From assembly GCA_903863905.1 (NCBI GenBank), contig CAIPDT010000032.1, positions 27,481 to 91,480 on the forward strand: 64,000 bases of DNA, written 5' to 3'. Positions 50,138 to 59,603 of this stretch are shown here, piece by piece. How positions within the stretch are numbered: the stretch's first letter is position 1; each line of letters starts with the position of its first letter. The position numbers were made by a program, and so were the translations under genes. Source of the stretch: an uncultured Methylococcaceae bacterium (lineage in GTDB: Bacteria; Pseudomonadota; Gammaproteobacteria; Methylococcales; Methylomonadaceae). The notes under the pieces are model-generated. The model made no database searches. It saw nothing but the letters and a program-made list of their open reading frames with translations, and was not told the DNA's origin.

Positions 50138-50616
50138 GGGTTATTGAATAGGTGTTAGATTGTTGAGCAATACTGATTATTTAACATATTTATGGGTTGA
50201 TAACAACGTTAGATTTTAATATGCCTGTAACAGTGTTTAAAACAGCCTTATTAAAGCTATCTATCCTAACTGTTAACGCTTCAAAACGATCATCATCACT
50301 AAGCGACCTTACCATAAAACACCGTCACGAAGTTTTAACATGTTTGATTTATCATATATCCTATAGAACAGTGATTATATGGGATCGTATTAAGCATCTA
50401 TTAAACATAATATTAACACTAAAAAACACTATCTAATCAGGTAGGTAGGTAACAAATAATTTCACTTATAAACAAAAACCAAGTTACCATTGACTTAGTA
50501 TTCAAATATCTGCGGGATCTAAACTGCAATGACTGTGACGACTTCTGAATTTATAAAAAACAGAAACATTAACTAAATCTTACAAATCCATCGCAATACA
50601 TATAAAACAATCTACT

Positions 50617-50799
50617 ATGAATACAGATTATATTTGCCCTAAATGCGGATCAGAATTACAGAGGACTAAACGTAGTCGATTAGATAAATTTTTAGGTATA
50701 TTTACTAAAAAAGAACGTTATCGCTGTTACTCGTTTGGTTATAACTGTGACTATACAGGCCTAAGACTCCCCAAGCCTAAAACTGAACGTACTCAATAA
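50617..50799 (+). CDS. Small basic zinc-ribbon-like protein
   Basis: CPKCG...CYSFGYNC, four Cys in 60 aa, followed by a terminator-like hairpin. Confidence 0.55.
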   Translation: MNTDYICPKCGSELQRTKRSRLDKFLGIFTKKERYRCYSFGYNCDYTGLRLPKPKTERTQ

Positions 50800-50809
50800 T
50801 TCCATTAAT

Positions 50810-50849
50810 AAAAAGCCCTAGCCATCTATAAGGATCACTAAGGCTTTTT
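50810..50849. terminator. Bidirectional terminator candidate
   Basis: AAAAAGCC(C)TAG...CTA(A)GGCTTTTT with A/T tails on both sides, between convergent genes. Confidence 0.65.
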
Positions 50850-50933
50850 GAGTCAGTAGATTCAGTTCAAAAACGTCTGCAAAGACGAGGTTACTCATTC
50901 AACTTAGCTTAGGCCTTTCAGAAGGCGATTAAA

Positions 50934-53900
50934 TTAAACCTCCTGCAATTCCTTACTGTGTGTTTGGCCAATCATTAAATACACAGCGGGCACTACAAAA
51001 AGTGTAAACAAAGTACCAATCGCAATCCCTGAGGCAATCACTAAGCCGATATTAAAGCGAGACACGGCCCCGGCACCGCTGGCAAAAATTAACGGTAACA
51101 CACCCAGCACCATCGCCGCCGTGGTCATTAAAATGGGTCTTAACCGAATACTGGCCGCACTCTCTATAGCTTCACGTTTAGATAAACCCTCTTTTTGCTT
51201 ATTGTTAGCAAACTCCACAATCAAAATACCATGCTTACTAATTAAGCCCATTAAGGTCACCAAACCGACTTCGGTATAAATATTTAACGTAGCGCCACCA
51301 ATACCCAAAGCGATGAAGATCAACGCACCGGCAATCGACATCGGTACTGACACTAAAATAATCAATGGATCGCGAAAGCTTTCAAATTGGGCCGCTAGGG
51401 CTAAGAAAATAATGATCAAAGCAAACGCAAATGTCATCACAAAACTACTGGACTCTTGCACCATTTGTCGAGACTGCCCAGCATAATCAATGGTATAACT
51501 GGGCGGCAAGATAGACGGTGCAATCGCTTTTAAAGACTCTATGGCATCACCGACCGTGACTCCCGGAAAAGGCACACCCGACACCACCACTGCATTCAAT
51601 TGCTGAAAGTGATTTAAAGATTGCGGCACGGTTTTAGTACTTATATTAGCAATGGTTGATAACGGCACCATAGTGCCATCTGCCGCCCGAATCTGATAAT
51701 TAAGCAACTGATCCGCATTAAGCCTTGAAACTTGTTGTGCTTGCGGAATCACTTTATAAGAACGCCCCGCTAAACTAAAATAATTAACATAACCACCCCC
51801 TAAAATAGAGGCTAAAGAAGACCCGACATCTTGCATACTTAAGCCTAAGAGCGCCGTTTTATCACGATCAATATCGACTTGAGACTGCGGTTGATCAAAC
51901 TTTAAATCTTTATCTAAAAAGATAAAGCGTCCACTCTTTTGGGCTTCCTGCATGAATTGTTCAGCAATGGTATTGAGCTTTTCAAAGGAGTCGGTGGTTC
52001 CCAACACAAATTGCACCGGCAAGCCACTACTGCCCGGCAATGGCGGGGGTTGAAAAGCGGCCACCCGCACGCCTGCAATACCATTAAGTTCTTGCTGTAA
52101 TATTGGTTGTAACTGACTGGCGTTAACCGTTCGCTCATGCCAGGGTTTAAGCACGGCCCCAGCTATCGATTGGCCCGGCATATTTAACTGAAACACATGA
52201 TCCGTTTCAGTGTGCTTAACAAACGTATCATGGACTTGATCAGCGTAAATCAAGCGTTGTGCCAAGGTGGCATCCGGCGCTGAAGTGGCCATGGTGATAA
52301 TAACTCCTTGATCTTCTTGCGGCGCCAATTCACTGTTTGAACTACTATACAGAAAATAGATGCTGCCTAAAATAATCAACGCAAAAACCGCCGTCACCGG
52401 TAAATAATCTAAAGAACCGTGTAACCAACGTGCATAGGTGCGTTGCAGCGCAAACACTTGTCGATCAATAAAATCCACAATACGCTCTTCCCAGCCACTG
52501 CGATCACGGGTATGTGCTTTAAGTAACTTAGATGACATCATCGGTGACAAGGTTAAAGCCACAATGGCCGAGACAGTCACTGCCGCTACCACGGTAAAGG
52601 CGAACTCTGAAAACAAAGCCCCCGTTAAACCTCCCTGAAAACCAACCGGCACATACACCGCTATCAACACAATGGTCATCGCAATAATAGGCCCCGTTAA
52701 TTCACGGGCCGCTAATAAGGACGCTTGTAAAGGTTGCATCCCCTCTTCAAGGTGTCGATTGACATTTTCGACCACAATAATCGCATCATCCACCACGAGT
52801 CCAATCGCTAACACTAAAGCCAATAAGGTCAATAAATTAATCGAAAAACCCAGCAGTAACATGATGGTAAAGGTACCAATCAGTGACAAGGGAATCGCAA
52901 TAACCGGGATTAATACCGAACGCGGTGAACCTAAAAATGCAAACACCACGAGGGTTACAATCAACAACGCTTCTATTAAGGTATGAATCACTTCATGAAT
53001 AGAGCTATCAACAAATTTAGTGGCATCATAAACAATTTTCCCACTAATCCCTTCAGGTAACTGAGCTTGTATCTCTGGAAACACCTGCCGAACCCGCTCA
53101 ATCACTTCTAATAAATTAGCACTTGAAGCGACTTGAAGCCCGATATAAACCGCTTTATTGCCATCAAAAGACACACTGGTTTCATATTCATCGGAGCCCA
53201 AGGTGACTTTTGCCACATCTTTTAAGCGTACAATAGCGCCATCCTGTTGTTTAATAATTAACGCTTCAAACTCAGCCACCGAATGTAAGCTCGTAGACGC
53301 CGTTAAATTGACTTGCACCATTTGGCCTTTGGTGGTGCCTAAGCCAGCAATATAGTTATTTTTAGCTAAAGCCGCACTCACATCAGTCGCTGTTAAAGCA
53401 TACGCCGCCATTTTATTGGGGTCTAACCACGCCCGTAAGGAAAAGTTTTTTCCGCCCAATAACTCCGCCACTTGAATTCCTTCTACGCCCTGTAAACGGG
53501 GTTGTACGGAACGAATTAAGTAATCGGTAATGTTGTTAGCGGATAACACATCACTGGAAAACCCGATATACATCGAATCAATCGTCTCACCCACCTTCAC
53601 ACTCAACACAGGAGTTTGTGCTTCAGGAGGCAATTGATTATGCACTGCATTCACTTTGGCATTGATCTCAGTTAAGGCTTTATTAGGATCAAAATTAAGC
53701 CGTAAATTCGCGGTGATGGTACTTAAACCATTTTTACTGGTTGAGGTGATGTAATCAATACCATTCGCTTGAGCAATACTATTTTCTAAAGGCGTGGTAA
53801 TAAAACCGGCGACCAAATCAGGATCAGCTCCATAGTAAGCCGTGGTAATCGTGACGATGGCATTTTCGGTACGGGGATACTGCAGAATAGGTAAATCAAT

Positions 53901-53987
53901 TAAGGCCCTTAAACCCAGCACTAACAACATCAAACTAACCACTGAAGCCAATATAGGCCGACGAATAAAAATATCGGTAAAATTCAT
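50934..53987 (-). CDS. RND efflux transporter permease (AcrB family, MexW/MexI-like)
   Basis: FIRRPILASV, GLVVDDAIIVVENV, GLISKHGILIVEFA, RLRPILMT. Confidence 0.95.
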   Translation of the reverse strand: MNFTDIFIRRPILASVVSLMLLVLGLRALIDLPILQYPRTENAIVTITTAYYGADPDLVAGFITTPLENSIAQANGIDYITSTSKNGLSTITANLRLNFDPNKALTEINAKVNAVHNQLPPEAQTPVLSVKVGETIDSMYIGFSSDVLSANNITDYLIRSVQPRLQGVEGIQVAELLGGKNFSLRAWLDPNKMAAYALTATDVSAALAKNNYIAGLGTTKGQMVQVNLTASTSLHSVAEFEALIIKQQDGAIVRLKDVAKVTLGSDEYETSVSFDGNKAVYIGLQVASSANLLEVIERVRQVFPEIQAQLPEGISGKIVYDATKFVDSSIHEVIHTLIEALLIVTLVVFAFLGSPRSVLIPVIAIPLSLIGTFTIMLLLGFSINLLTLLALVLAIGLVVDDAIIVVENVNRHLEEGMQPLQASLLAARELTGPIIAMTIVLIAVYVPVGFQGGLTGALFSEFAFTVVAAVTVSAIVALTLSPMMSSKLLKAHTRDRSGWEERIVDFIDRQVFALQRTYARWLHGSLDYLPVTAVFALIILGSIYFLYSSSNSELAPQEDQGVIITMATSAPDATLAQRLIYADQVHDTFVKHTETDHVFQLNMPGQSIAGAVLKPWHERTVNASQLQPILQQELNGIAGVRVAAFQPPPLPGSSGLPVQFVLGTTDSFEKLNTIAEQFMQEAQKSGRFIFLDKDLKFDQPQSQVDIDRDKTALLGLSMQDVGSSLASILGGGYVNYFSLAGRSYKVIPQAQQVSRLNADQLLNYQIRAADGTMVPLSTIANISTKTVPQSLNHFQQLNAVVVSGVPFPGVTVGDAIESLKAIAPSILPPSYTIDYAGQSRQMVQESSSFVMTFAFALIIIFLALAAQFESFRDPLIILVSVPMSIAGALIFIALGIGGATLNIYTEVGLVTLMGLISKHGILIVEFANNKQKEGLSKREAIESAASIRLRPILMTTAAMVLGVLPLIFASGAGAVSRFNIGLVIASGIAIGTLFTLFVVPAVYLMIGQTHSKELQEV

Positions 53988-53993
53988 AGTCTG

Positions 53994-55124
53994 CTATTGA
54001 TCAGTCGGTTGTGGATTAGGATCGTTACTGGAGGGAATAGAATTATCAACCAAGACCGGTGAACCATTATGTAATTTAATTTGCCCAGTGGTCACAATCG
54101 TATCACCTGCATTAATGCCTTTAAGAATTGCAATTTGATCGCCTCGGGTCTCGCCCGTTATCACTAAACTTTGTTTGGCAATTAATTTGGGCTTACCTTG
54201 ACTATCAAGTCCAGCCTGCTCAAGCTTATAAACACTGGAACCAAAGGCATTAAAAGTTAGCACTGAGCGGGGTAATGTCAGTTGTGATTTAAGCCCACCC
54301 GTTGCGATATTAACACTGACATACATACCGGATAATAATTTGTGTTGCGGATTTTTTAACAGCGCTCTAAGGCGAACATTACGGGTATTAATCTCCACTT
54401 TGGGATTTATCACGATTAACTCACCAGTAAATAACTCACTGGGATAGGTATCGACCTTTAAATGTACTTTTTGACCTAATTTAAGGGTGCCCAGCGTTTG
54501 CTGAGGTAAATAAAAATCGACATAGACGCTGTCTAAGGCTTGCAAAGTAGTAATCGCGGCACCGGGATCAAGATATTGACCGACATCAATCTGCCGAACC
54601 CCTATTTGGCCCGTAAAAGGCGCACGAATCAATTTCTTATTCAATAAGGCCTGTTGCTGAGCCACATTCGCTTTAGCAATCTCCCAATTGGCCTTATCAA
54701 TATCCAAGGTCTGTTGGCTAATGGCACTGGCTTCAAACTGCGCTTTATCTCGTTTATAGGTAAGCTCGGCTAATTGCACGGCAGCTTTTAAGGCGTCTAA
54801 TTTAGCTTGCTCATCATACGTGCGTAATTGCACTAGTGGCGTTCCGCTTTGAACGTTCTCACCTTGTTTAACATAAATCTCTTCCACCATGCCTGCCACT
54901 TCGGCACTAATGTTCACGCTTTGACTGGCTTGAATAGTCCCTACGGCGTCTAATTTAGGTTGCCACTCTAAACTTTCTACGGCTGTAGTTGAAACGGTTT
55001 GAATCGGCTCACCTTGTGCGGACATAAATTGCTTTATCATTTGACCTTTAAAGCGAATAAATCCAAAAATTCCGGCGAGTATCACACCCACTATCATGAG
55101 CATAATGATCATGCGTTTAATCAT
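53994..55124 (-). CDS. RND periplasmic adaptor (membrane fusion protein)
   Basis: N-terminal TM helix, AEVAGMVEEI, IRAPFTGQIG, GETRGDQ. Confidence 0.94.
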   Translation of the reverse strand: MIKRMIIMLMIVGVILAGIFGFIRFKGQMIKQFMSAQGEPIQTVSTTAVESLEWQPKLDAVGTIQASQSVNISAEVAGMVEEIYVKQGENVQSGTPLVQLRTYDEQAKLDALKAAVQLAELTYKRDKAQFEASAISQQTLDIDKANWEIAKANVAQQQALLNKKLIRAPFTGQIGVRQIDVGQYLDPGAAITTLQALDSVYVDFYLPQQTLGTLKLGQKVHLKVDTYPSELFTGELIVINPKVEINTRNVRLRALLKNPQHKLLSGMYVSVNIATGGLKSQLTLPRSVLTFNAFGSSVYKLEQAGLDSQGKPKLIAKQSLVITGETRGDQIAILKGINAGDTIVTTGQIKLHNGSPVLVDNSIPSSNDPNPQPTDQ

Positions 55125-55201
55125 CTAAATATCCTATCAGAGAGTTTTGCAAACATTTTTATAAAACAATATAAAGGGGGAGTACGTCCTTGACTCAAGC
55201 G

Positions 55202-56758
55202 TTACTGAGACAGTTTTTTTTGTTCGGCCTTTAAGTGCGCGGGTAAATCCGCTCGTTGCCACCAACCGCCACCCAAAGCCTGAAACAAGGTGATCGTATC
55301 CATATAGCGAGTTGCTTGCGCCGAGATTTGACCAAGTAAGGCTTTTTGATAACTTTGTTCAGCGGTCAATAAAGCCACATAACTGACTGCACCGATCTGG
55401 TATTGTTGACGCGTTAAAGATAAGGTATCCAAAGCGGCTTGTACGGAGGCATCTTGGGCCTTTAAGGTATTCGCATCTAGATCTAAGGCACTTAAAGTAT
55501 CAGCCACATTTTGAAAGGCTTGCAAGACCGTACTTTTATAATGCGTTGCCGCCTGCTCATAAGCCGCCAAAGTTGCGCGTCGCTTATGAAGTAAAGCCCC
55601 ACCATGAAACACGGGTTGCAACATATTTCCGCCCACACTCCAAATAACACTGCCAGGGACAAATAAATCCCCTAAGTGCGTTGCAATAGAACCTACATTG
55701 GCACTAATTGTAAAATTAGGCAATAAGTTGGCCGTAGCGACACCAATCTGCGCACTGGCATCATGTAATAATGCTTCTTGGGCTTTAATATCAGGACGTT
55801 GCTGAACTAATTTTGACGGTAAGCTTAAAGGTAACTGTTCAGGTAAATGTAAATCCTTTAAGGTAAATTGCTCAAGCAAATCGTGATTCGGTAACTCACC
55901 CACTAAAGTAGTTAAACGATGTCGAGTCTTAGCCAATTGAAGTTGTAACGGCGGCAAAGTGGTTCGGGTTTGCTCTAAATTGGCTTGTAAAGCTAACAGA
56001 TTTATTTTAGCCAACCCCCCTAATTCGACCTGATGCTTAACCACACCAAGTTGCCTTTCTTGAGCGGCAATAATCTCTTCTGTTGCTTTAATTTGGGCTC
56101 TTAACCCCGCTTCTTGAATAGCACTGATAGCAACATTTGAAGCCAAAGTTAAAAACACGCCTTCTAATTGAAAACGCTGATAGGCTTCTTCAGCCTCAAG
56201 ACTTTCAATTTGTCGTCTGATCGCCCCAAACACATCTAAGGTATAAGCGACTTGTACCGAGCCACTGGACACTGTGTAAGTCGACCCCGAAAAACTTGGA
56301 TTACCAAATTGAGATCCTGATATTTTTTGATTGGTACTCCGCGTCACTAAGTCTAAAGCGGGGAATAAGGAACCTTGCATCGCAAGAGTGCTTTCATGGG
56401 CTTGAGTTAAAGCATACGAAGCAGATTGTAAATCTGGGTTCTTCTGCAAAGCACGACCAATTAATTGGGTTAAGGCCGGTGAATTAAATAAGGTCCACCA
56501 TTGCCCTTGCAGTTCTTTACCAAACACAACCGACTGAGATTTAGCTGAAGTCGAACCTGACGTAATGATTTGTCCCGAGGCCGTCTCAGGTGTGTAACTT
56601 TTGATATCCGGGCCTTGAGGACTTTTAAAATCAGGCCCTAAGGTACAACCTCCTATCAATAAAGTACTGATAAGAGCCACGCCAGAAACAGGAATTGAGA
56701 AAGAAGATTTACTACCTTTAACCGCATGAGCGGTGGCTGTCCTTGTATTCAATGTCAT
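55202..56758 (-). CDS. Outer-membrane efflux lipoprotein (NodT/OprM family)
   Basis: Lipobox LIGGC-TLGPDF, LVQQRPDIKA, LFQALGGGWW. Confidence 0.93.
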   Translation of the reverse strand: MTLNTRTATAHAVKGSKSSFSIPVSGVALISTLLIGGCTLGPDFKSPQGPDIKSYTPETASGQIITSGSTSAKSQSVVFGKELQGQWWTLFNSPALTQLIGRALQKNPDLQSASYALTQAHESTLAMQGSLFPALDLVTRSTNQKISGSQFGNPSFSGSTYTVSSGSVQVAYTLDVFGAIRRQIESLEAEEAYQRFQLEGVFLTLASNVAISAIQEAGLRAQIKATEEIIAAQERQLGVVKHQVELGGLAKINLLALQANLEQTRTTLPPLQLQLAKTRHRLTTLVGELPNHDLLEQFTLKDLHLPEQLPLSLPSKLVQQRPDIKAQEALLHDASAQIGVATANLLPNFTISANVGSIATHLGDLFVPGSVIWSVGGNMLQPVFHGGALLHKRRATLAAYEQAATHYKSTVLQAFQNVADTLSALDLDANTLKAQDASVQAALDTLSLTRQQYQIGAVSYVALLTAEQSYQKALLGQISAQATRYMDTITLFQALGGGWWQRADLPAHLKAEQKKLSQ

Positions 56759-56857
56759 AATGACCCAATTAATATAGATATTTACGTTTTATAATACGCT
56801 TTTTTAAATGCGAATAAAATAGACGAGTGGCTTGATTAATCCAGTTATTCAATCAGT

Positions 56858-56890
56858 TAACACGTGTTATCTGTTATCATAACACGTTAT
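56858..56890. promoter_or_regulatory. Cluster of overlapping TGTTA/TAACA palindromes in the divergent efflux/dbpA promoter
   Basis: TAACACGTGTTA (56858-56869), TGTTATCATAACA (56872-56884), ATAACACGTTAT (56879-56890). Confidence 0.45.
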
Positions 56891-56935
56891 AGAGTGACAA
56901 TTCGTCACCCGCTGTGTTTGATATAAAGAGTCCTT

Positions 56936-58321
56936 GTGAATACTATTGAATTTTCGTCGTTACCGTTAAAGCCTGCCCTTCTTGAAAATATTGAATCCCT
57001 AGGTTATACCCATTTAACCCCGATTCAAGCCGAAACATTACCACATATTTTAGAAGGACGAGATATTATTGCCCAAGCTAAAACCGGAAGTGGTAAAACC
57101 GCCGCTTTTGGCATTGGCTTATTGTCTCGTTTAGATTTTAGCAGTTTTAGAGTACAAGCCTTAATTCTTTGTCCAACCCGAGAACTCGCGGATCAAGTCT
57201 GTAAAGAAATTCGTAAACTAGCCCGCTTCACTCAAAATATAAAAGTACTGTCTTTATGTGGCGGAGTGCCTTTTGGCCCTCAGGTCGGCTCCCTTGAACA
57301 TGGCGTTCATGTGGTCGTCGGTACGCCCGGCCGAGTCCAAGAACATTTACGTAAACGTAGCTTACGCTTAAGTAATTTAAAAATCGTCGTCTTAGATGAA
57401 GCCGATCGGATGTTGGACATGGGCTTTGAAGAAGTGATAACCGACGTAATCTCTTATGCACCTACGCACCGTCAAACCTTACTTTTTTCAGCGACCTATG
57501 CTGAACCTATTAGAGAAATCAGCCAAAAGTTTCAATACAAGCCCTTATCGGTCAGTATTGAAAGCCATCACCATGACAGTGTCATTGAGCAACGCTTTTA
57601 TCAAATTGAAAAAAGTCAACGTATCAACGCACTCGGCTATTTATTAGCCTATCACCGCCCTGAATCAACGGTGGTCTTTTGTAACACCAAAAGAGAATGC
57701 CAAGACATCGCCAGTTCCCTAGAAAATTGTGGCTTTTCTGTACAAGCTTTACATGGTGACTTAGAACAAAAACACCGAGACCAAGTCTTGGTCCGTTTTG
57801 CAAATAACAGTTGCTCAATTTTAGTGGCGACTGACGTCGCTGCACGTGGTTTAGATATTAAAGACTTACAAGCCGTCATTAACTATGACTTGCCTTGGGA
57901 CCCTGAAATCTATGTGCACAGAATTGGTCGAACCGGCCGAGCGGGTAAAAACGGCTTAGCGTTAAGTCTTTGTACAGAAGCAGAACTTAACCGGGTTAAA
58001 GGCATTGAAGAATACCAAAATACCACCGCTAAATGGGATGAGGTTGCGCCTTTTCAATTAAAATACGAACAACGCTTTGAACCACCCATGGTCACTCTAT
58101 GGATTGATGGCGGTCGTAAAGATAAAGTCCGTCCTGGAGATATTTTAGGGGCCTTAACGGGTACCGCTGGCATTAGCGGTTCAGAGGTTGGAAAGATTGA
58201 TATTTTTGATGCCCATGCCTATGTAGCCATTAAACAAGATAGTGCCGACAAAGCCTTAATTTGTCTCAAAAACGGTAAAATAAAAGGCCGAAACTTTATG
58301 GTAAAAAGATCGCAGTTCTAA
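56936..58321 (+). CDS. dbpA: ATP-dependent 23S rRNA helicase DbpA
   Basis: AKTGSGKT, DEADRML, FSAT, HRIGRTGRAG, C-terminal GGRKDKVRPGDILGAL. GTG start. Confidence 0.97.
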   Translation: MNTIEFSSLPLKPALLENIESLGYTHLTPIQAETLPHILEGRDIIAQAKTGSGKTAAFGIGLLSRLDFSSFRVQALILCPTRELADQVCKEIRKLARFTQNIKVLSLCGGVPFGPQVGSLEHGVHVVVGTPGRVQEHLRKRSLRLSNLKIVVLDEADRMLDMGFEEVITDVISYAPTHRQTLLFSATYAEPIREISQKFQYKPLSVSIESHHHDSVIEQRFYQIEKSQRINALGYLLAYHRPESTVVFCNTKRECQDIASSLENCGFSVQALHGDLEQKHRDQVLVRFANNSCSILVATDVAARGLDIKDLQAVINYDLPWDPEIYVHRIGRTGRAGKNGLALSLCTEAELNRVKGIEEYQNTTAKWDEVAPFQLKYEQRFEPPMVTLWIDGGRKDKVRPGDILGALTGTAGISGSEVGKIDIFDAHAYVAIKQDSADKALICLKNGKIKGRNFMVKRSQF

Positions 58322-59175
58322 TGAAGCTCCCGATGTCGAACAATGACATTAACCAAGGGACGTCTAAAGTGGTCAACTAACAAGTCAGCGACATAAACCG
58401 AGCGATGTTGACCGCCTGTACAACCAATAGCCACCGTTAAATAACTGCGGCCTTCTGCTTCGAAACGCGGTAACCAGCGTTCAAGAAAACTAGAAACATC
58501 TTGAAAGAACTCTTCAACTAAGGGTTCTTTTCTAAGAAAGTCTGAGACAGGCTGATCTTTACCTGTTAAAGCACGTAACTCTGGAATCCAATAAGGGTTA
58601 GGTAAACTGCGAGCATCAAACACAAAATCAGCATCTAAAGGCACGCCGTGCTTAAAGCCAAAGGATTGAAATTGTAGGGAGATATGCTTTACATCTCGCT
58701 CACCGATTTGTTCTCTGATCAGTTCACGTAATTGATGATAATGGGTACGACTGGTGTCTATAATGACATTGGCGTGCCGAGCAATCTGGGTCAACATTTC
58801 CTTTTCAATTTTTAAGGCTTCTTTAAGAGGCACATTATAATCAGTCAAAGGATGTTTTCGTCGCGTCTCACTGTAACGCTTTAATAATGTTGATTCTTCT
58901 GCCTGCATAAAAATTATTTCGCAATCAATTCCTTTATCGCGAATCATTTTTAAGCTTTCAGAGAAGTTAGCTAAACTCTCATATTGATTCCTAGCATCAA
59001 CACCTATCGCTGTTTTAGCGTAGGCTTTTTGGTCAGAGAACATGACCTTATTAATAAATTCTTGAAGCAAGTTGAGCGGGAGATTATCAATACAATAATA
59101 TCCACAATCTTCTAAGGTATCTAAAGCAATACTTTTTCCAGAACCTGATAATGCGCTGACTATTAATAACTTCAT
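58318..59175 (-). CDS. rapZ: RNase adapter RapZ (YhbJ)
   Basis: SGSGKS, YCIDNLP, RYSETRRKHPL, SFGFKHG, GCTGGQHRSV. Confidence 0.96.
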   Translation of the reverse strand: MKLLIVSALSGSGKSIALDTLEDCGYYCIDNLPLNLLQEFINKVMFSDQKAYAKTAIGVDARNQYESLANFSESLKMIRDKGIDCEIIFMQAEESTLLKRYSETRRKHPLTDYNVPLKEALKIEKEMLTQIARHANVIIDTSRTHYHQLRELIREQIGERDVKHISLQFQSFGFKHGVPLDADFVFDARSLPNPYWIPELRALTGKDQPVSDFLRKEPLVEEFFQDVSSFLERWLPRFEAEGRSYLTVAIGCTGGQHRSVYVADLLVDHFRRPLVNVIVRHRELH

Positions 59176-59195
59176 ATTTAAGGTGTAGATTGATA

Positions 59196-59241
59196 AGGTA
59201 CAAGGGAATAATGAATGATATAGATAGTCACCCTTGTACCT
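59196..59241. terminator. Inverted repeat between hpf and rapZ
   Basis: AGGTACAAGGG-N24-CCCTTGTACCT, 11-bp perfect arms. Confidence 0.55.
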
Positions 59242-59251
59242 CGATATTATA

Positions 59252-59542
59252 TTATCTGTGGTTGCCCGTTTTTTCTTTGTGCTTAATGATTTGACGATCT
59301 AATTTATCAACTAAAGCATCAATTGCAACATACATATCTTCTTGATGATCTTCAGCAAACAAATGAGTACCGCCTAATTGCAGTGTTGCTTCTGCTTTTT
59401 GAATTAATTTTTCTACACTTAAAATAACGTGTACATCGGTAACACTTTCAAAATGACGGGCTAATTTTTCAAATTTTGAATCAACATAGTCTTTTAAAGC
59501 TTCGGTGACTTCAAGATGGCGGCCTGTTATTATTAATTGCAT
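59252..59542 (-). CDS. hpf: Ribosome hibernation promoting factor (short HPF)
   Basis: ITGRHLEVTEAL, DMYVAIDALVDKLDRQIIKHKEK. Confidence 0.95.
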   Translation of the reverse strand: MQLIITGRHLEVTEALKDYVDSKFEKLARHFESVTDVHVILSVEKLIQKAEATLQLGGTHLFAEDHQEDMYVAIDALVDKLDRQIIKHKEKTGNHR

Positions 59543-59603
59543 AGATTAAACTCCTTATTATAAATTTTTGTAAATTGATTGGGTTGGTACTATCTATTTG
59601 TCG

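Noticed and set aside
56865-56884. Canonical Zur box
   Set aside because: TGTTAT and ATAACA half-sites are separated by 1 or 8 nt instead of 3.
59173-59175. RapZ Walker A beginning with Ala (ALSGSGKS)
   Set aside because: It still satisfies [AG]-x4-GK[ST], so it is not evidence of inactivation.
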